Assembly: GCA_041658665.1 (NCBI GenBank)
Contig: JBAZZR010000002.1
Coordinates: forward strand, 243,437 to 307,436
Source of the DNA: Patescibacteria group bacterium
Lineage (GTDB): Bacteria; Patescibacteriota; Patescibacteriia; Patescibacteriales; UBA12465
Length of the DNA stretch: 64,000 nucleotides
Reading direction: 5' to 3'
Shown here: positions 8,920-18,706 of the stretch, one piece after another
Numbering within the stretch: the stretch's first letter is position 1
Layout: every line of letters begins with the position of its first letter
Translations under genes and position numbers: made by a program
The notes under the pieces: generated by a model
The model's input: the letters and a program-made list of their open reading frames with translations, nothing else
The model's database searches: none
What the model was told of the DNA's origin: nothing

Positions 8920-9345
8920 ATGAAAAAGATAATCACAACTTGTTTATTCCTCTTTCTCTTCTTTTTCTCTGTTAATTTAGTCGAGGCCCAAACCAGCGGC
9001 GGAATATTAAATAATACTGCCCTTCTCGGCGGTCTAACCACCCAAACCGCTCATAGCGCCAATTTTGGTGATATGTCTTTAGGCGATGTACTCGCTCTAA
9101 TAATTCAAATCGTTTTAGGATTTTTAGGGACTGTCTTCATTATTTTAATGATTATCAGCGGTTTTCGTTTAATGACTGCTGGCGGTAACGAAGAACAAGT
9201 ACAAAAAGCTACCGAAACTATTAGAACAGCAATCATCGGACTAATCATTGTAATATCAGCTTATGCTATTACCTATTTCGTCATCTATTACCTACCATTT
9301 AGCAGTACCGGGGCGGAAAACATGGGGACTCTAGCCCCCGGTTAA
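8920..9345 (+). CDS. VirB2/TrbC-like pilin-family protein, paralog 6
   Basis: MKKIITTCLFLFLF signal peptide (LVEAQT), TM1, loop LMTAGGNEEQ, TM2. Start chosen at 8920 rather than the track's 8875, which overlaps paralog 5. Confidence 0.6.
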   Translation: MKKIITTCLFLFLFFFSVNLVEAQTSGGILNNTALLGGLTTQTAHSANFGDMSLGDVLALIIQIVLGFLGTVFIILMIISGFRLMTAGGNEEQVQKATETIRTAIIGLIIVISAYAITYFVIYYLPFSSTGAENMGTLAPG

Positions 9346-9373
9346 AAAACGACTTATTATATTCTAAATAATA

Positions 9374-9406
9374 AAAAGGCTGTCGGATTAATGACAGCCT
9401 TTTTTA
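9374..9406. terminator. Bidirectional intrinsic terminator (GGCUGUC/GACAGCC stem flanked by A-run and U-run)
   Basis: aaaaaggctgtcggattaatgacagcctttttt seen directly. Sits between the convergent pilin array (+) and the lipoprotein gene (-). Confidence 0.6.
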
Positions 9407-9434
9407 AAAGAACGAAATTTTTAGAGAGCCATTT

Positions 9435-10172
9435 TTAAGGGCGCAAAGTCGCCTTAAGGGCATACTTTTTCCCTCCGTCATAATAATTGACTCCTGGCGC
9501 CACCTTCATAGACAGCGATCTAGACTGCCCCTCATAGCGCCCCTGAGTTCGACAGGTAATCGTATACCAACCAGGCGTTGGTAAAACAAATTCCGGACTC
9601 TTACGATTATCCTTATTATCAAGGATAAAATAAACATGAAACCCGAATGAGTTACTTACCTCAACCGACAAAGTCTCAACATTAGGATTAGCATTTTCGA
9701 TAATCCCAATTAAAGAATCTTGGCGATTCCCCTGGCTTAAATATTTAATGTTCATGTACGCTCCAGCAATTTCGCTAGGATTATCCCCTGTTAGGCGTAC
9801 ATAATCATCCTCCATCGTAGATTGAGTTAGTAGAGAGTTGATTTTCTCCGTTAGCTCTCCTACTTTTGTCTGATAGAAACGAACTAGCGAATCATTTTCG
9901 CTAATTATAATCCCAGCCCGATTTACCAATACTTTATTACCGAGAACTGAGTCTCTATCAGCCAGCTCTTGCAACTCTCCCTCCTCTACACGCAATTTTT
10001 TGATTTTTGACTCGTAATTATTAATCTCTTGAGTCAAAATATCGATTGTCTTTTGAATATCCCCCGAACTTTTTTGACCGAAACCCATATAAGATAGCGG
10101 GGTAGAGGAACAACCGATGGAAAAAAATGCTAACAAGGCAACAAACACGGACAATAAACTGAACTTTTTCAT
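9435..10172 (-). CDS. Putative lipoprotein with coiled-coil region
   Basis: N-terminal signal peptide with a lipobox (FFSIGC). The central region is heptad-rich. No recognisable catalytic motif. Confidence 0.45.
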   Translation of the reverse strand: MKKFSLLSVFVALLAFFSIGCSSTPLSYMGFGQKSSGDIQKTIDILTQEINNYESKIKKLRVEEGELQELADRDSVLGNKVLVNRAGIIISENDSLVRFYQTKVGELTEKINSLLTQSTMEDDYVRLTGDNPSEIAGAYMNIKYLSQGNRQDSLIGIIENANPNVETLSVEVSNSFGFHVYFILDNKDNRKSPEFVLPTPGWYTITCRTQGRYEGQSRSLSMKVAPGVNYYDGGKKYALKATLRP

Positions 10173-10433
10173 TTTAGATCTCCTAAAGATTAATTGATAT
10201 TTATTATTATTAAAAAACTAATTATATTATCTATAATTCATTTTGATTCGATGATTTATACTAACATGATTAATAAATACTGTCAATAATCTTATCCCCA
10301 AACAATCCCCAGCTACTATTGACTAATAACAAAGGAAGTGCTAAACTGATTAGTCAAGAAAATCCCTGCTTTAATATCATGTATTTTCATTATGATAGAG
10401 TAGGGGTTTTTTAATTTAGCTAATACGTAATAT

Positions 10434-11060
10434 ATGAAGATTCTTAAAATAATACAGGAGGAAATAGTGCCTCTCAGTAGTAGGCAGAATATCATTTTAT
10501 TAGTAATAATTGCCTGTCTCTTTCAATTTGTCCTCTTTTATACCCCAGTTTTAGCCGCTACAGCGGTCGCGACGGCTAATGCCGATAATTCTGAACTGAT
10601 TATCACTGACCAACTAACAAAGTCGCTTCTACCAGCCGAAGGGCTAACTAACGCAGTCCCGAACAAAGCTGAAGACAATATTATTAAAGACACTCCTAGC
10701 GACATAGTCGATATAAAAAACGACGCCACGCCCAAAACGGCGCCTGAACCAAAAATAATTAGGGTCAGCACTCATGTAATAACGGCTTATAACTCGGAAG
10801 TAGCCCAAACCGATAGCGACCCTTGTACAACTGCTAACGGATTTAATCTTTGTAAAAATAATCAAGAAGACACGGTCGCCGCTAACTTCTTGAAATTCGG
10901 TACTAAAATAAAAATACCAGAGTTATTTGGCGATAAAGTTTTTGTGGTCCGCGACAGAATGAACAAAAGACATAGTAATCGTTTAGACGTTTGGATGAAA
11001 AATCACCAAGATGCAATTAATTTCGGCGTTAAAACGGCGCAAATACAGGTTCTAGAATAA
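10434..11060 (+). CDS. 3D-domain protein (MltA/YuiC-like cell-wall-binding, lytic-transglycosylase-like) with N-terminal membrane anchor
   Basis: C-terminal ...VITAYNSEVAQTDSDPCTTANG...VVRDRMNKRHSNRLDVWM... carries the three conserved Asp residues of the 3D domain. One N-terminal TM helix. Confidence 0.55.
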   Translation: MKILKIIQEEIVPLSSRQNIILLVIIACLFQFVLFYTPVLAATAVATANADNSELIITDQLTKSLLPAEGLTNAVPNKAEDNIIKDTPSDIVDIKNDATPKTAPEPKIIRVSTHVITAYNSEVAQTDSDPCTTANGFNLCKNNQEDTVAANFLKFGTKIKIPELFGDKVFVVRDRMNKRHSNRLDVWMKNHQDAINFGVKTAQIQVLE

Positions 11061-11080
11061 ATTAATAATTTTTAAATCAC

Positions 11081-11116
11081 AAAATACCCTCGGCCTAAAA
11101 ACCGAGGGTATTTTGA
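11081..11116. terminator. Bidirectional intrinsic terminator (9-bp stem UACCCUCGG/CCGAGGGUA)
   Basis: aaataccctcggcctaaaaaccgagggtatttt seen directly. Sits between the convergent 3D-domain gene and ppsA. Confidence 0.6.
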
Positions 11117-11143
11117 TTAAGTAAACGTTCGCTTGCTAATAAC

Positions 11144-13555
11144 CTAAAAAAATAAATTAAGAATTCCCCGGCTTCGCCTCAATTCTTTTTCTTTCTTAAC
11201 AATTGCTAAAGTAGTAGCAATAACCGTATCCGGATTTAAGGACAGACTATCAATTCCCTCGGCCACTAAAAATTCAGCGAAGTCGGGAAAATCGCTCGGG
11301 CCCTGGCCACAAATTCCTACTTTACGACGATATTTTTTAGCCGTTTTAATTAATTGGTGAATTAATTCCTTAACCGCTTCATTTTTCTCATTAGCGACGC
11401 CGGCCACACCTAGTAGACCACCTGAATCACGATCTATTCCTAAAGTTAACTGCGTCAAATCGTTAGAGCCAATAGAAAAACCATCAAAAATCTGACAAAA
11501 TTTCTCCGCCAAGATAATATTAGAAGGAATTTCCGCCATGACATAAATCTCTAAACCATTATGGCCGCGTCGTAAACCATTTTGCGCCATTATTTCCTGA
11601 ACTTTTTTGCCCTCTTCAATGGTTCGACAAAAAGGTACCATAATCTTCAAATTTTTAAGACCCATATCCTCTCGCACCTTTTTAATAGCTCGGCATTCTA
11701 ACTCAAAGGCCGGTAAAAACTGGGGAGAATAATACCGACTAGCGCCGCGCCAACCAATCATCGGGTTTGATTCTAGCGGCTCATAAGCTTTTCCGCCAAT
11801 CAAATTAGCATATTCGTTCGTCTTGAAATCACTTAAACGCAAAATAACATCTTTCGGATAATAAGCGGCGGCAATAGTCGCCACGCCCTGTACTAAACGA
11901 TCAACAAAATATTGAGACTTATCTTGATAACCAACCGTTAAATTAGCAATTTCTTTTTTTACTTTCTGATCAGTTAAACGCTGATAATTAATCAGGGCTA
12001 AGGGATGAATTTTAATATAACTATTAATAATAAACTCTAAACGAGCTAAACCGACGCCATCATTAGGGATAAAAGAATTAGTGAAAGCTAAATCGGGCTC
12101 AGCAATATTCATCATTATTTTGGTTTTAGGTTTTTTAAAACCTTTAATATCGGTTTTTTTAATTTGAAAAGGCAGCTTACCCTCATAAACTATAGCCTCC
12201 TCACCGCCGGAGCAATCTACTGTGACTAATTGTCCACTTTTTATTTTTAATGAAGCTCTCCCCGTCCCCACTACACAGGGAATACCTAATTCTCTAGAAA
12301 TAATAGCCGCATGACAAGTCCGGCCGCCTTTATCCGTTACGATAGCCGAAGCAATTTTCATAATCGGCTCCCAGTCTGGATCAGTCATATCCGTTACTAA
12401 AATTTGGCCCGCTTTAAATTTACTAATATCCTTAACACTTATTAAACGATTAGCTGCCCCCGAAGCTATTTTACTGCCAACGCTTTGGCCGGTGATAATT
12501 ACCTTTCCTTTCTTCTCTAAGTGATAACTTTCAATAAATTGATAATTTCTCTGGCTCTGAACAGTTTCTGGACGAGCCTGAATAATATAGATATCTTGGG
12601 TCTGCCCATCAACCGCAAATTCAATATCCATCGGCCGCTTGTAATGTTCCTCAATCAACATTCCCCACTGAGCGAGCCGAACAACCTGCTTATCGCTTAA
12701 AGAGGGCTTTAATTGTTCACTAGGAGTAACCGGCACATTTTTAACAGGCGTCTTTCCTTTTAAGTTATAAACCATTTTAATATTTTTCCGGCTTAAACTC
12801 CGAGAAATAATAGCCTTAGTTGGCTTAAAAAAATAAAATTCATCAGGCGTAACGTGCCCCTGGACAATATTCTCCCCTAAACCAAAAATGGAGTTGATTA
12901 AAACAACGTTTTTGAAGCCAGATTCTGTATCAATAGTAAACATGACGCCAGATGAACCTAAATCTGAGCGCACCATTTTTTGAACACCCACTGATAAAGC
13001 AATAGAGAAATGATTAAATTTTTTATCAACTCGGTAGGAAATCGCCCGATCGGTGAATAAAGAAGCCACGCATTTTCTCACCGCTAATAATAAATCTCGC
13101 TCGCCGCTTACATTTAAAAAAGTTTCCTGTTGTCCGGCGAAAGAGGCATCTGGCAAATCTTCAGCCGTCGCACTGGAGCGAACAGCGACCGCTAAATTTT
13201 TAGTTTTATATTCACGAGAGAGCTTTTGATAAGCTTGAGCGACTGCCTGTTGTAAATTAAGTGGCAATTCGGTAGAAATAATTAATTTTCTGATCGCCGC
13301 TCCCCGCTTAGCCAAATCCTTAACATCCCTTTTATCCAAACCAGACAGAATCTTCCTTATTTTTTGTTTAAGACCAGTCGATTCTAAAAAGTATCGATAA
13401 GCGGCGGCACTGGTTGCAAAACCATTCGGGACTTTAATCCCCTGCTTACTTAAATGACTATACATTTCACCGAGCGAAGCATTTTTCCCGCCAACAACCG
13501 GGACGTCTTTAAGTGATAATTCCTTAAAAAAATAAAGCAACTTTTGATTAAACAT
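11144..13555 (-). CDS. ppsA: Phosphoenolpyruvate synthase (pyruvate, water dikinase)
   Basis: N-terminal VGGKNASLGEM, phosphohistidine mobile-domain motif GGRTCHAAIISRELGIPCVVG, and a C-terminal PEP-utilising TIM-barrel domain. The 803-aa length fits PpsA rather than PPDK. Confidence 0.85.
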   Translation of the reverse strand: MFNQKLLYFFKELSLKDVPVVGGKNASLGEMYSHLSKQGIKVPNGFATSAAAYRYFLESTGLKQKIRKILSGLDKRDVKDLAKRGAAIRKLIISTELPLNLQQAVAQAYQKLSREYKTKNLAVAVRSSATAEDLPDASFAGQQETFLNVSGERDLLLAVRKCVASLFTDRAISYRVDKKFNHFSIALSVGVQKMVRSDLGSSGVMFTIDTESGFKNVVLINSIFGLGENIVQGHVTPDEFYFFKPTKAIISRSLSRKNIKMVYNLKGKTPVKNVPVTPSEQLKPSLSDKQVVRLAQWGMLIEEHYKRPMDIEFAVDGQTQDIYIIQARPETVQSQRNYQFIESYHLEKKGKVIITGQSVGSKIASGAANRLISVKDISKFKAGQILVTDMTDPDWEPIMKIASAIVTDKGGRTCHAAIISRELGIPCVVGTGRASLKIKSGQLVTVDCSGGEEAIVYEGKLPFQIKKTDIKGFKKPKTKIMMNIAEPDLAFTNSFIPNDGVGLARLEFIINSYIKIHPLALINYQRLTDQKVKKEIANLTVGYQDKSQYFVDRLVQGVATIAAAYYPKDVILRLSDFKTNEYANLIGGKAYEPLESNPMIGWRGASRYYSPQFLPAFELECRAIKKVREDMGLKNLKIMVPFCRTIEEGKKVQEIMAQNGLRRGHNGLEIYVMAEIPSNIILAEKFCQIFDGFSIGSNDLTQLTLGIDRDSGGLLGVAGVANEKNEAVKELIHQLIKTAKKYRRKVGICGQGPSDFPDFAEFLVAEGIDSLSLNPDTVIATTLAIVKKEKELRRSRGILNLFF

Positions 13556-13667
13556 AAAAATTATTTTAATTTAATTTCCTAAGTGAATTATAACACAAAC
13601 TTTACTTTATAAAAATAATTGTTTAAGATAGAATAGATTGATAGGGTAAAAATAAATAAGAAAAATT

Positions 13668-13749
13668 GCGGACGTGGCGAAACTGGTAGACGCACTTGGC
13701 TTAGGACCAAGCGGGGCAACTCTTGAGAGTTCGAGTCTCTCCGTCCGCA
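13668..13749 (+). tRNA. tRNA-Leu (anticodon UAG)
   Basis: Manual fold: 7-bp acceptor gcggacg/cgtccgc, anticodon loop cuUAGga, 13-nt variable arm, T-loop ttcgagt. CCA is not encoded. A hairpin terminator follows at 13758-13780. Confidence 0.8.
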
Positions 13750-13818
13750 CTAAAAAATAGAGGCAACTGGCCTCTATTTTGTTTGCTAGCCCCAGGGCTA
13801 ATCTGCTAAAATTAAAAT

Positions 13819-14646
13819 ATGTTTAACTTACTACATAATTTTCATCCCCAAGCCTTAATTTTCTCTAGTGGCTTTCTTAGAATCCATTGGTATGGTCTAT
13901 TTATGGTGTTAGGAATCCTAGCGGCCTTGGCTCTAATTTTTTATCTTAATAAATATTACCAACTCAACAAAGACAAACTCTTTGATCTCGGATTCTGGCT
14001 AATAATTTGGGGGTTAGTAGGAGCCAGGCTATATGATATCGGCTTGCAGCTGCCTTATTATCTCAACCATCCCGCCCAGATGGTTAAAGTTTGGGAAGGG
14101 GGGCTAGCCATCCACGGCGCTATCATTGCCGGAACGATCGTCACCCTAATTTTTGCCTATCGTCAAAAAATTAATTTTTGGAAATTAAGTTCCTTGTTAG
14201 TCCCTGGCTTAGCCCTCGCCCAAGCTTTCGGTCGTTGGGGAAACTATTTTAATCAGGAAATATTCGGCCAACCAACCAGTCTCCCTTGGGGAATCCCTAT
14301 TGATTTAGTGAACCGCCCTCTAGACTACTTAAACTATAATTACTTTCACCCGACTTTTCTCTACGAAAGTTTAGGTTGTCTCATTATCAGTATAATCCTC
14401 ATCTATTCAAACCTAAAAATGATAAAAAAGCACCGCTTGAATAAACTTTTTTTTGTTTGGTCAACTGCTTTATATATGATATTATATTCTATATTGAGGT
14501 TTACTCTCGAATTTATCCGTTTAGACGAAACCCCTCTCATTCTCGGGATACGTTGGCCCCAAATAATCAGCTTAATCTTAATTTTACTATCTATCTTTTT
14601 ATTATTATATTTCAAAAACCATGCTAAAACAAAAGAAAACTGTTAA
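13819..14646 (+). CDS. lgt: Prolipoprotein diacylglyceryl transferase
   Basis: HWYGLFMVLGI..., GARLY, and the Lgt signature WEGGLAIHGAIIAG in a polytopic membrane protein. Confidence 0.75.
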   Translation: MFNLLHNFHPQALIFSSGFLRIHWYGLFMVLGILAALALIFYLNKYYQLNKDKLFDLGFWLIIWGLVGARLYDIGLQLPYYLNHPAQMVKVWEGGLAIHGAIIAGTIVTLIFAYRQKINFWKLSSLLVPGLALAQAFGRWGNYFNQEIFGQPTSLPWGIPIDLVNRPLDYLNYNYFHPTFLYESLGCLIISIILIYSNLKMIKKHRLNKLFFVWSTALYMILYSILRFTLEFIRLDETPLILGIRWPQIISLILILLSIFLLLYFKNHAKTKENC

Positions 14647-15802
14647 AAAAAATAAAAAACAGTTAAGCACTCTATACTTTTTGGGTCTATTGCTGGCGAT
14701 TTCGAGCGCCTTACCCGCCTATATTCAATCAAATTTCCTAGGGGAATTTGTCAGCGTCTCCGTCGCTAGTTTATTTTTTGTTCTCGCTAATGGGCTCAGT
14801 GTTCTCGCTATTCTCTTTTTCCCTAAATTAATCGAAAAACTCAGTAATTATTTTCTCACTCAAGTAATTCTCATTCTCCACACTACCGCTCTTCTCGGCT
14901 TAAGCATCGCCGATAACTCCATCTTTGCTTTAATTTCCATCGTTCTTTTTTCGGTTAGTTCGAATCTTATTTGGATAAACATGGATATCTTAGTAGAAAG
15001 TTTCTCCGCCAATAACTCGACCGGTCGAACAAGGACTATTTATTTTACCTTCATCAACGCGGGTTGGATTTTATCTCCCGCTCTAACGACTTATCTCATC
15101 GGCAAAGGTAATTATTCTCTTTCTTTTTTAATTGCCGCCGCTCTCAGCCTTCCCTTCTTTTTTATTCTTCTGCGCCAAGGCCGCCAGCTTAAAGATAAAA
15201 TTAAATATAAAAAAGAAAATTTGATGATCACTTTCAAAAAAATGTGGGGTAATAAAAATTTACGGGGCATTTTTTTTATTTCTATTTTAATCCAATTATT
15301 TTACAGTTCGGCCGTTCTATACGTTCCCCTCTATTTAATACAAAACATGGGAATGAGCTGGACAGTTTTAGGGCCAATATTTTCCGTAATGCTCATCCCC
15401 TTTCTCGTCTTAGAAATACCGGCTGGCATACTGGCTGATAAATATATCGGGGAAAAGGAAATATTATTTGGGGGATTCCTAATTTTAATAATTTCTCTAT
15501 TTTTATTTTATTATATTAAAACGGCGGACATTTGGCTCTGGACAATCGTATTATTTGCCAGTCGCGTCGGCGCGGCTTTAGTAGAAGCGATGAAAGAAAC
15601 CTACTTTTTCAAAATAGTAGACGCCGAAAATGTTGCTTGTATTAATATTTTCCGCACCGCCACCCCTTTAGCTTATGTCCTGGGCTCTTGCTTAGCGATA
15701 ATTACCCTGATGTTCTTCCCTCTTAACTACTTGTTTCTACTACTATCCATCATTATGTTACTTGGATTTGGCTTTGTCGCCGCGATTAAAGATACCAAAT
15801 AA
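14621..15802 (+). CDS. MFS-family transporter
   Basis: About 12 predicted TM helices in a 6+6 arrangement with a central basic loop. Overlaps lgt by 26 nt. Confidence 0.55.
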   Translation: MLKQKKTVKKNKKQLSTLYFLGLLLAISSALPAYIQSNFLGEFVSVSVASLFFVLANGLSVLAILFFPKLIEKLSNYFLTQVILILHTTALLGLSIADNSIFALISIVLFSVSSNLIWINMDILVESFSANNSTGRTRTIYFTFINAGWILSPALTTYLIGKGNYSLSFLIAAALSLPFFFILLRQGRQLKDKIKYKKENLMITFKKMWGNKNLRGIFFISILIQLFYSSAVLYVPLYLIQNMGMSWTVLGPIFSVMLIPFLVLEIPAGILADKYIGEKEILFGGFLILIISLFLFYYIKTADIWLWTIVLFASRVGAALVEAMKETYFFKIVDAENVACINIFRTATPLAYVLGSCLAIITLMFFPLNYLFLLLSIIMLLGFGFVAAIKDTK

Positions 15803-15879
15803 TAATTGACTTACCGGATATTTTTTTATATTATAATCAAGCATCTGGTTAAAGAGACTGATCGAGATTAATTAATTAG

Positions 15880-15954
15880 GCGGGTATCGTATAGTGGTTA
15901 TTATGTCAGCCTTCCAAGCTGAAGATGGCGGTTCGATTCCGCTTGCCCGCTCCA
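15880..15954 (+). tRNA. tRNA-Gly (anticodon UCC), CCA encoded
   Basis: Manual fold: acceptor gcgggta/tgcccgc, anticodon loop cuUCCaa, T-loop ttcgatt, 3' tcca. A bidirectional terminator follows at 15971-15992. Confidence 0.8.
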
Positions 15955-16015
15955 CTGACCTCAAACAAAAATAGGCTTAAAAGCCTATTTTTGCTATAAC
16001 GAATAACTATCATCT

Positions 16016-16720
16016 TTAATATTTACCAAAATCATACTTAACAATTTTCTTCTTAATCTTAATATTAAATAAAGTAAAAATACCCATACTGAACCATTTA
16101 AAACATAACTTAAGCTCTCCCTCTTTCTCTAGCCGTCGCGCTGAAAACAGAATACGGCTAGAGCTAATCATTCGAAATTTTCCTTGAGTCGCTAGACGAT
16201 TACAATAATCAAAATCTTCCGCTACATAAATTCCGACATCAAACCCCTTAATCGCTTCATGCCCGGATTTTTTTGCTAATATAGCGGCGCCGGCTCCTAC
16301 CGGAGAAAAATATTGTCGCGCCCTGGAAAAAATATTAAAAAGAGTAGAATAAATATAGTAATGGGTTTTACTAGGATTAAAACGAATATAAAAAGCGGCG
16401 CCTATTAAATCTAAAGCAATAAATTCTTTTAAAGATTTAGCTAAAAAATTTTCTGGCAAAACGGAATCGGCATCCAAAAATAATAAAATATCTCCCTGAG
16501 CCACCGCCGCGCCATTATTCCTTTGCCAAGCGGGATGATGATGTTCGGTGTCCGTTATAAATAAACAATTATTATCCAAAGCAATCTGTTTAGTTTTGTC
16601 TAAAGATCCTCCGTCAGAAACAATAATTTCGTAGTCTAAAAAATTTTGGGCTCGAATAGAGGCGAGTAATCGAGGCAAATATTTTTCTTCATTTAAAGTA
16701 GGGATAATGATTGATAACAT
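16016..16720 (-). CDS. Family 2 glycosyltransferase
   Basis: N-terminal LSIIIPTLNEEKYLPRLLASI and a DXD motif (LDADSVL). Confidence 0.7.
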   Translation of the reverse strand: MLSIIIPTLNEEKYLPRLLASIRAQNFLDYEIIVSDGGSLDKTKQIALDNNCLFITDTEHHHPAWQRNNGAAVAQGDILLFLDADSVLPENFLAKSLKEFIALDLIGAAFYIRFNPSKTHYYIYSTLFNIFSRARQYFSPVGAGAAILAKKSGHEAIKGFDVGIYVAEDFDYCNRLATQGKFRMISSSRILFSARRLEKEGELKLCFKWFSMGIFTLFNIKIKKKIVKYDFGKY

Positions 16721-16725
16721 AAAAA

Positions 16726-17766
16726 TTACTTAAAAATTCCCCTCGCTAACTCCCAATAACTTTTATCACCATTTTTATATTGATAATACCACCATTCTAC
16801 GCCCCATAAATAAGTTTTCTGAAAATTAATATTAATGGCGTACTGCAAGTTAGCTTTAAATTGTGACAAACTAAATGATTTTTTAATTTCTGCCGGCGAC
16901 AAATAAATAATATTCCCGTTAGGTACCCAAGGCTCAGCTTGTAGCTCAATAACGAGACGTTTATCCGGCTTAATTCCCGCCAAATAAGCTTTAAATTGAT
17001 AAAACCAGGCCGGGATTGGATAACGCAGATAACCTAATTTAGAACTCCAAACAACGCGATAGACTGTACTACCGAATATATCCGCATATTTAGCTTCTTG
17101 GCGCCAATAACTTAATTCCCCCGTAGCGGAAACTATAATTGGCCGGCTATCTAATTGTTTAACTAAATCAAATTCCCGCTTAAAAAAATCTTCATCACCG
17201 GCCGGACAAACGCCAAAGGCATCAAAAAACGGTTCATTTTCCAACTGCCAAGAAATAATTGCCGCTTCATTTTTATAATGACTCACAACCTGTCCCAACA
17301 TACTTAGCGCCCTGGCTTGAGTAGCCGCCAAACTTTTTTTCTGAGCCCATTGAGGAGCATGACATTCTGGCCAGCGCGGTAGACGCCAACCAATATTTAC
17401 AATAAAACGGACATTACGCTTAGCGCCCTCCCTAATAATATAATCATACTGTGAAAAATCATAATTATCCCTTACCTTTTCAATTTCATCCCAATAAATC
17501 GGCAACCTAATTTCTTTCACCTGCAGATCGTCTAAAATAGCCGAATATACTTCTTTCCAGTCTAGGCCTATTTCCGAACAAAACTTAGTAGAAAAAGTTA
17601 CCCCAAAAAAATCTGAGCGATGCTTTAAATCCTGCGCCAGTGGATAGTTACTGGCTAGTTTAAAAAAATAAATCAACAAAATAAAAAAAATAAACCCCGT
17701 TATTGGCCAAAATTTAAAAAAATTTTTTATTCTCTGAATATTTTTTAACTGAATATCTTTTAACAT
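16726..17766 (-). CDS. GH5-like glycoside hydrolase with N-terminal membrane anchor
   Basis: (beta/alpha)8-type motifs including the catalytic acid/base NEP (SWQLENEPF). One N-terminal TM helix. The exact family is uncertain. Confidence 0.4.
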   Translation of the reverse strand: MLKDIQLKNIQRIKNFFKFWPITGFIFFILLIYFFKLASNYPLAQDLKHRSDFFGVTFSTKFCSEIGLDWKEVYSAILDDLQVKEIRLPIYWDEIEKVRDNYDFSQYDYIIREGAKRNVRFIVNIGWRLPRWPECHAPQWAQKKSLAATQARALSMLGQVVSHYKNEAAIISWQLENEPFFDAFGVCPAGDEDFFKREFDLVKQLDSRPIIVSATGELSYWRQEAKYADIFGSTVYRVVWSSKLGYLRYPIPAWFYQFKAYLAGIKPDKRLVIELQAEPWVPNGNIIYLSPAEIKKSFSLSQFKANLQYAININFQKTYLWGVEWWYYQYKNGDKSYWELARGIFK

Positions 17767-17767
17767 A

Positions 17768-18703
17768 TTAATTAATTATACAATACAGTCCTAACCCAAT
17801 AATCACTACGGCGCTCAATTTTTTGAAAAAGACTGGCCAGGAAAAAGTTTCTTTCAATAACTTAGGTGATAAAAGGGCCAACCCGGTACCGATAATCAAT
17901 AAAAAAGCATATTGCGCCCCCTGCAAAGCATTGACTAAGGCGACGGAACCTAAAAAAATAGCGTAATTTTGCAAAAGGAAACCCAGGGAGCCAAGTAATT
18001 GATTAAAAAAAACCAAAACCTGGTTCCGACGAGAGGCGCTCTTATAAAACTGACTTATAATTATTCGGCGCTCCGACTTTGATATCAAAAAAAGTATTAC
18101 TAGTAAAGCCGCTCCTAAACGATTCCACATAAAGACACTTAGAAACGGTTGCGTACTATATAAAAATTTAGTACTCAGAAAATACGTCGAATAGGCTAAA
18201 GCCGCTAATACGGCGAAACCAAAACCGCCAATTTTTATTTCTTGAGTCAATCGTAATTTATTAAATACTCGACTCGCATAACTCCGCTGGACTGGTAAAA
18301 AAGCGACAATTAATATCCCTATCAACAAAAACAGAAAGCCTAAAAACTGCCAGGCTGAAAAATGTTCTTTAAAAAATAACAGAGAAAATAGAATAGAAAA
18401 AACCGGCGTTAAACCGCCGACTAATATTAATATCCGAGACGCTTCGCCACGATATAAAGCTTCAAATAAAAACCAAATAGCTAAAGCAAAAATTGCCCCC
18501 GCCATCAGATCGCCAAAAAATAACCCCCAACCTGGCCAACTTAAAAACCAAGGCGCCAACAAAAAAACTAGCAAACCAAAGACACAAACAATAAAAGCGT
18601 AGGCACGGGAACTTTTAACCACCTGATCGACTAAAAATTTATCTAATAAATTAGCAAAAGCTAAAATTAAATAAGCGCTAAGAGCAATAAAAATCCAAGA
18701 CAT
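17768..18703 (-). CDS. DMT/EamA-like polytopic membrane protein (10 TM helices)
   Basis: Two repeated 5-TM halves. Sits within a glycosyltransferase cluster, possibly a sugar/lipid-linked intermediate transporter. Confidence 0.4.
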   Translation of the reverse strand: MSWIFIALSAYLILAFANLLDKFLVDQVVKSSRAYAFIVCVFGLLVFLLAPWFLSWPGWGLFFGDLMAGAIFALAIWFLFEALYRGEASRILILVGGLTPVFSILFSLLFFKEHFSAWQFLGFLFLLIGILIVAFLPVQRSYASRVFNKLRLTQEIKIGGFGFAVLAALAYSTYFLSTKFLYSTQPFLSVFMWNRLGAALLVILFLISKSERRIIISQFYKSASRRNQVLVFFNQLLGSLGFLLQNYAIFLGSVALVNALQGAQYAFLLIIGTGLALLSPKLLKETFSWPVFFKKLSAVVIIGLGLYCIIN

Positions 18704-18706
18704 AAA

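Noticed and set aside
10538-10865. Two minus-strand ORFs (77 and 73 aa) inside the 3D-domain gene
   Set aside because: They overlap a CDS that has a recognisable 3D domain and have no independent support.
14403-14615. Short ORFs embedded in or antisense to long well-supported genes (14403-14615, 20267-20473, 23936-24124, 24367-24576, 25168-25386, 26997-27188, 27458-27646, 29352-29588, 41691-42284, 44443-44661, 46222-46584, 48768-49010, 51075-51818, 58207-58455, 59985-60251, 61634-61816)
   Set aside because: All lie within or antisense to CDSs with strong family motifs. None has a plausible RBS or conserved domain.
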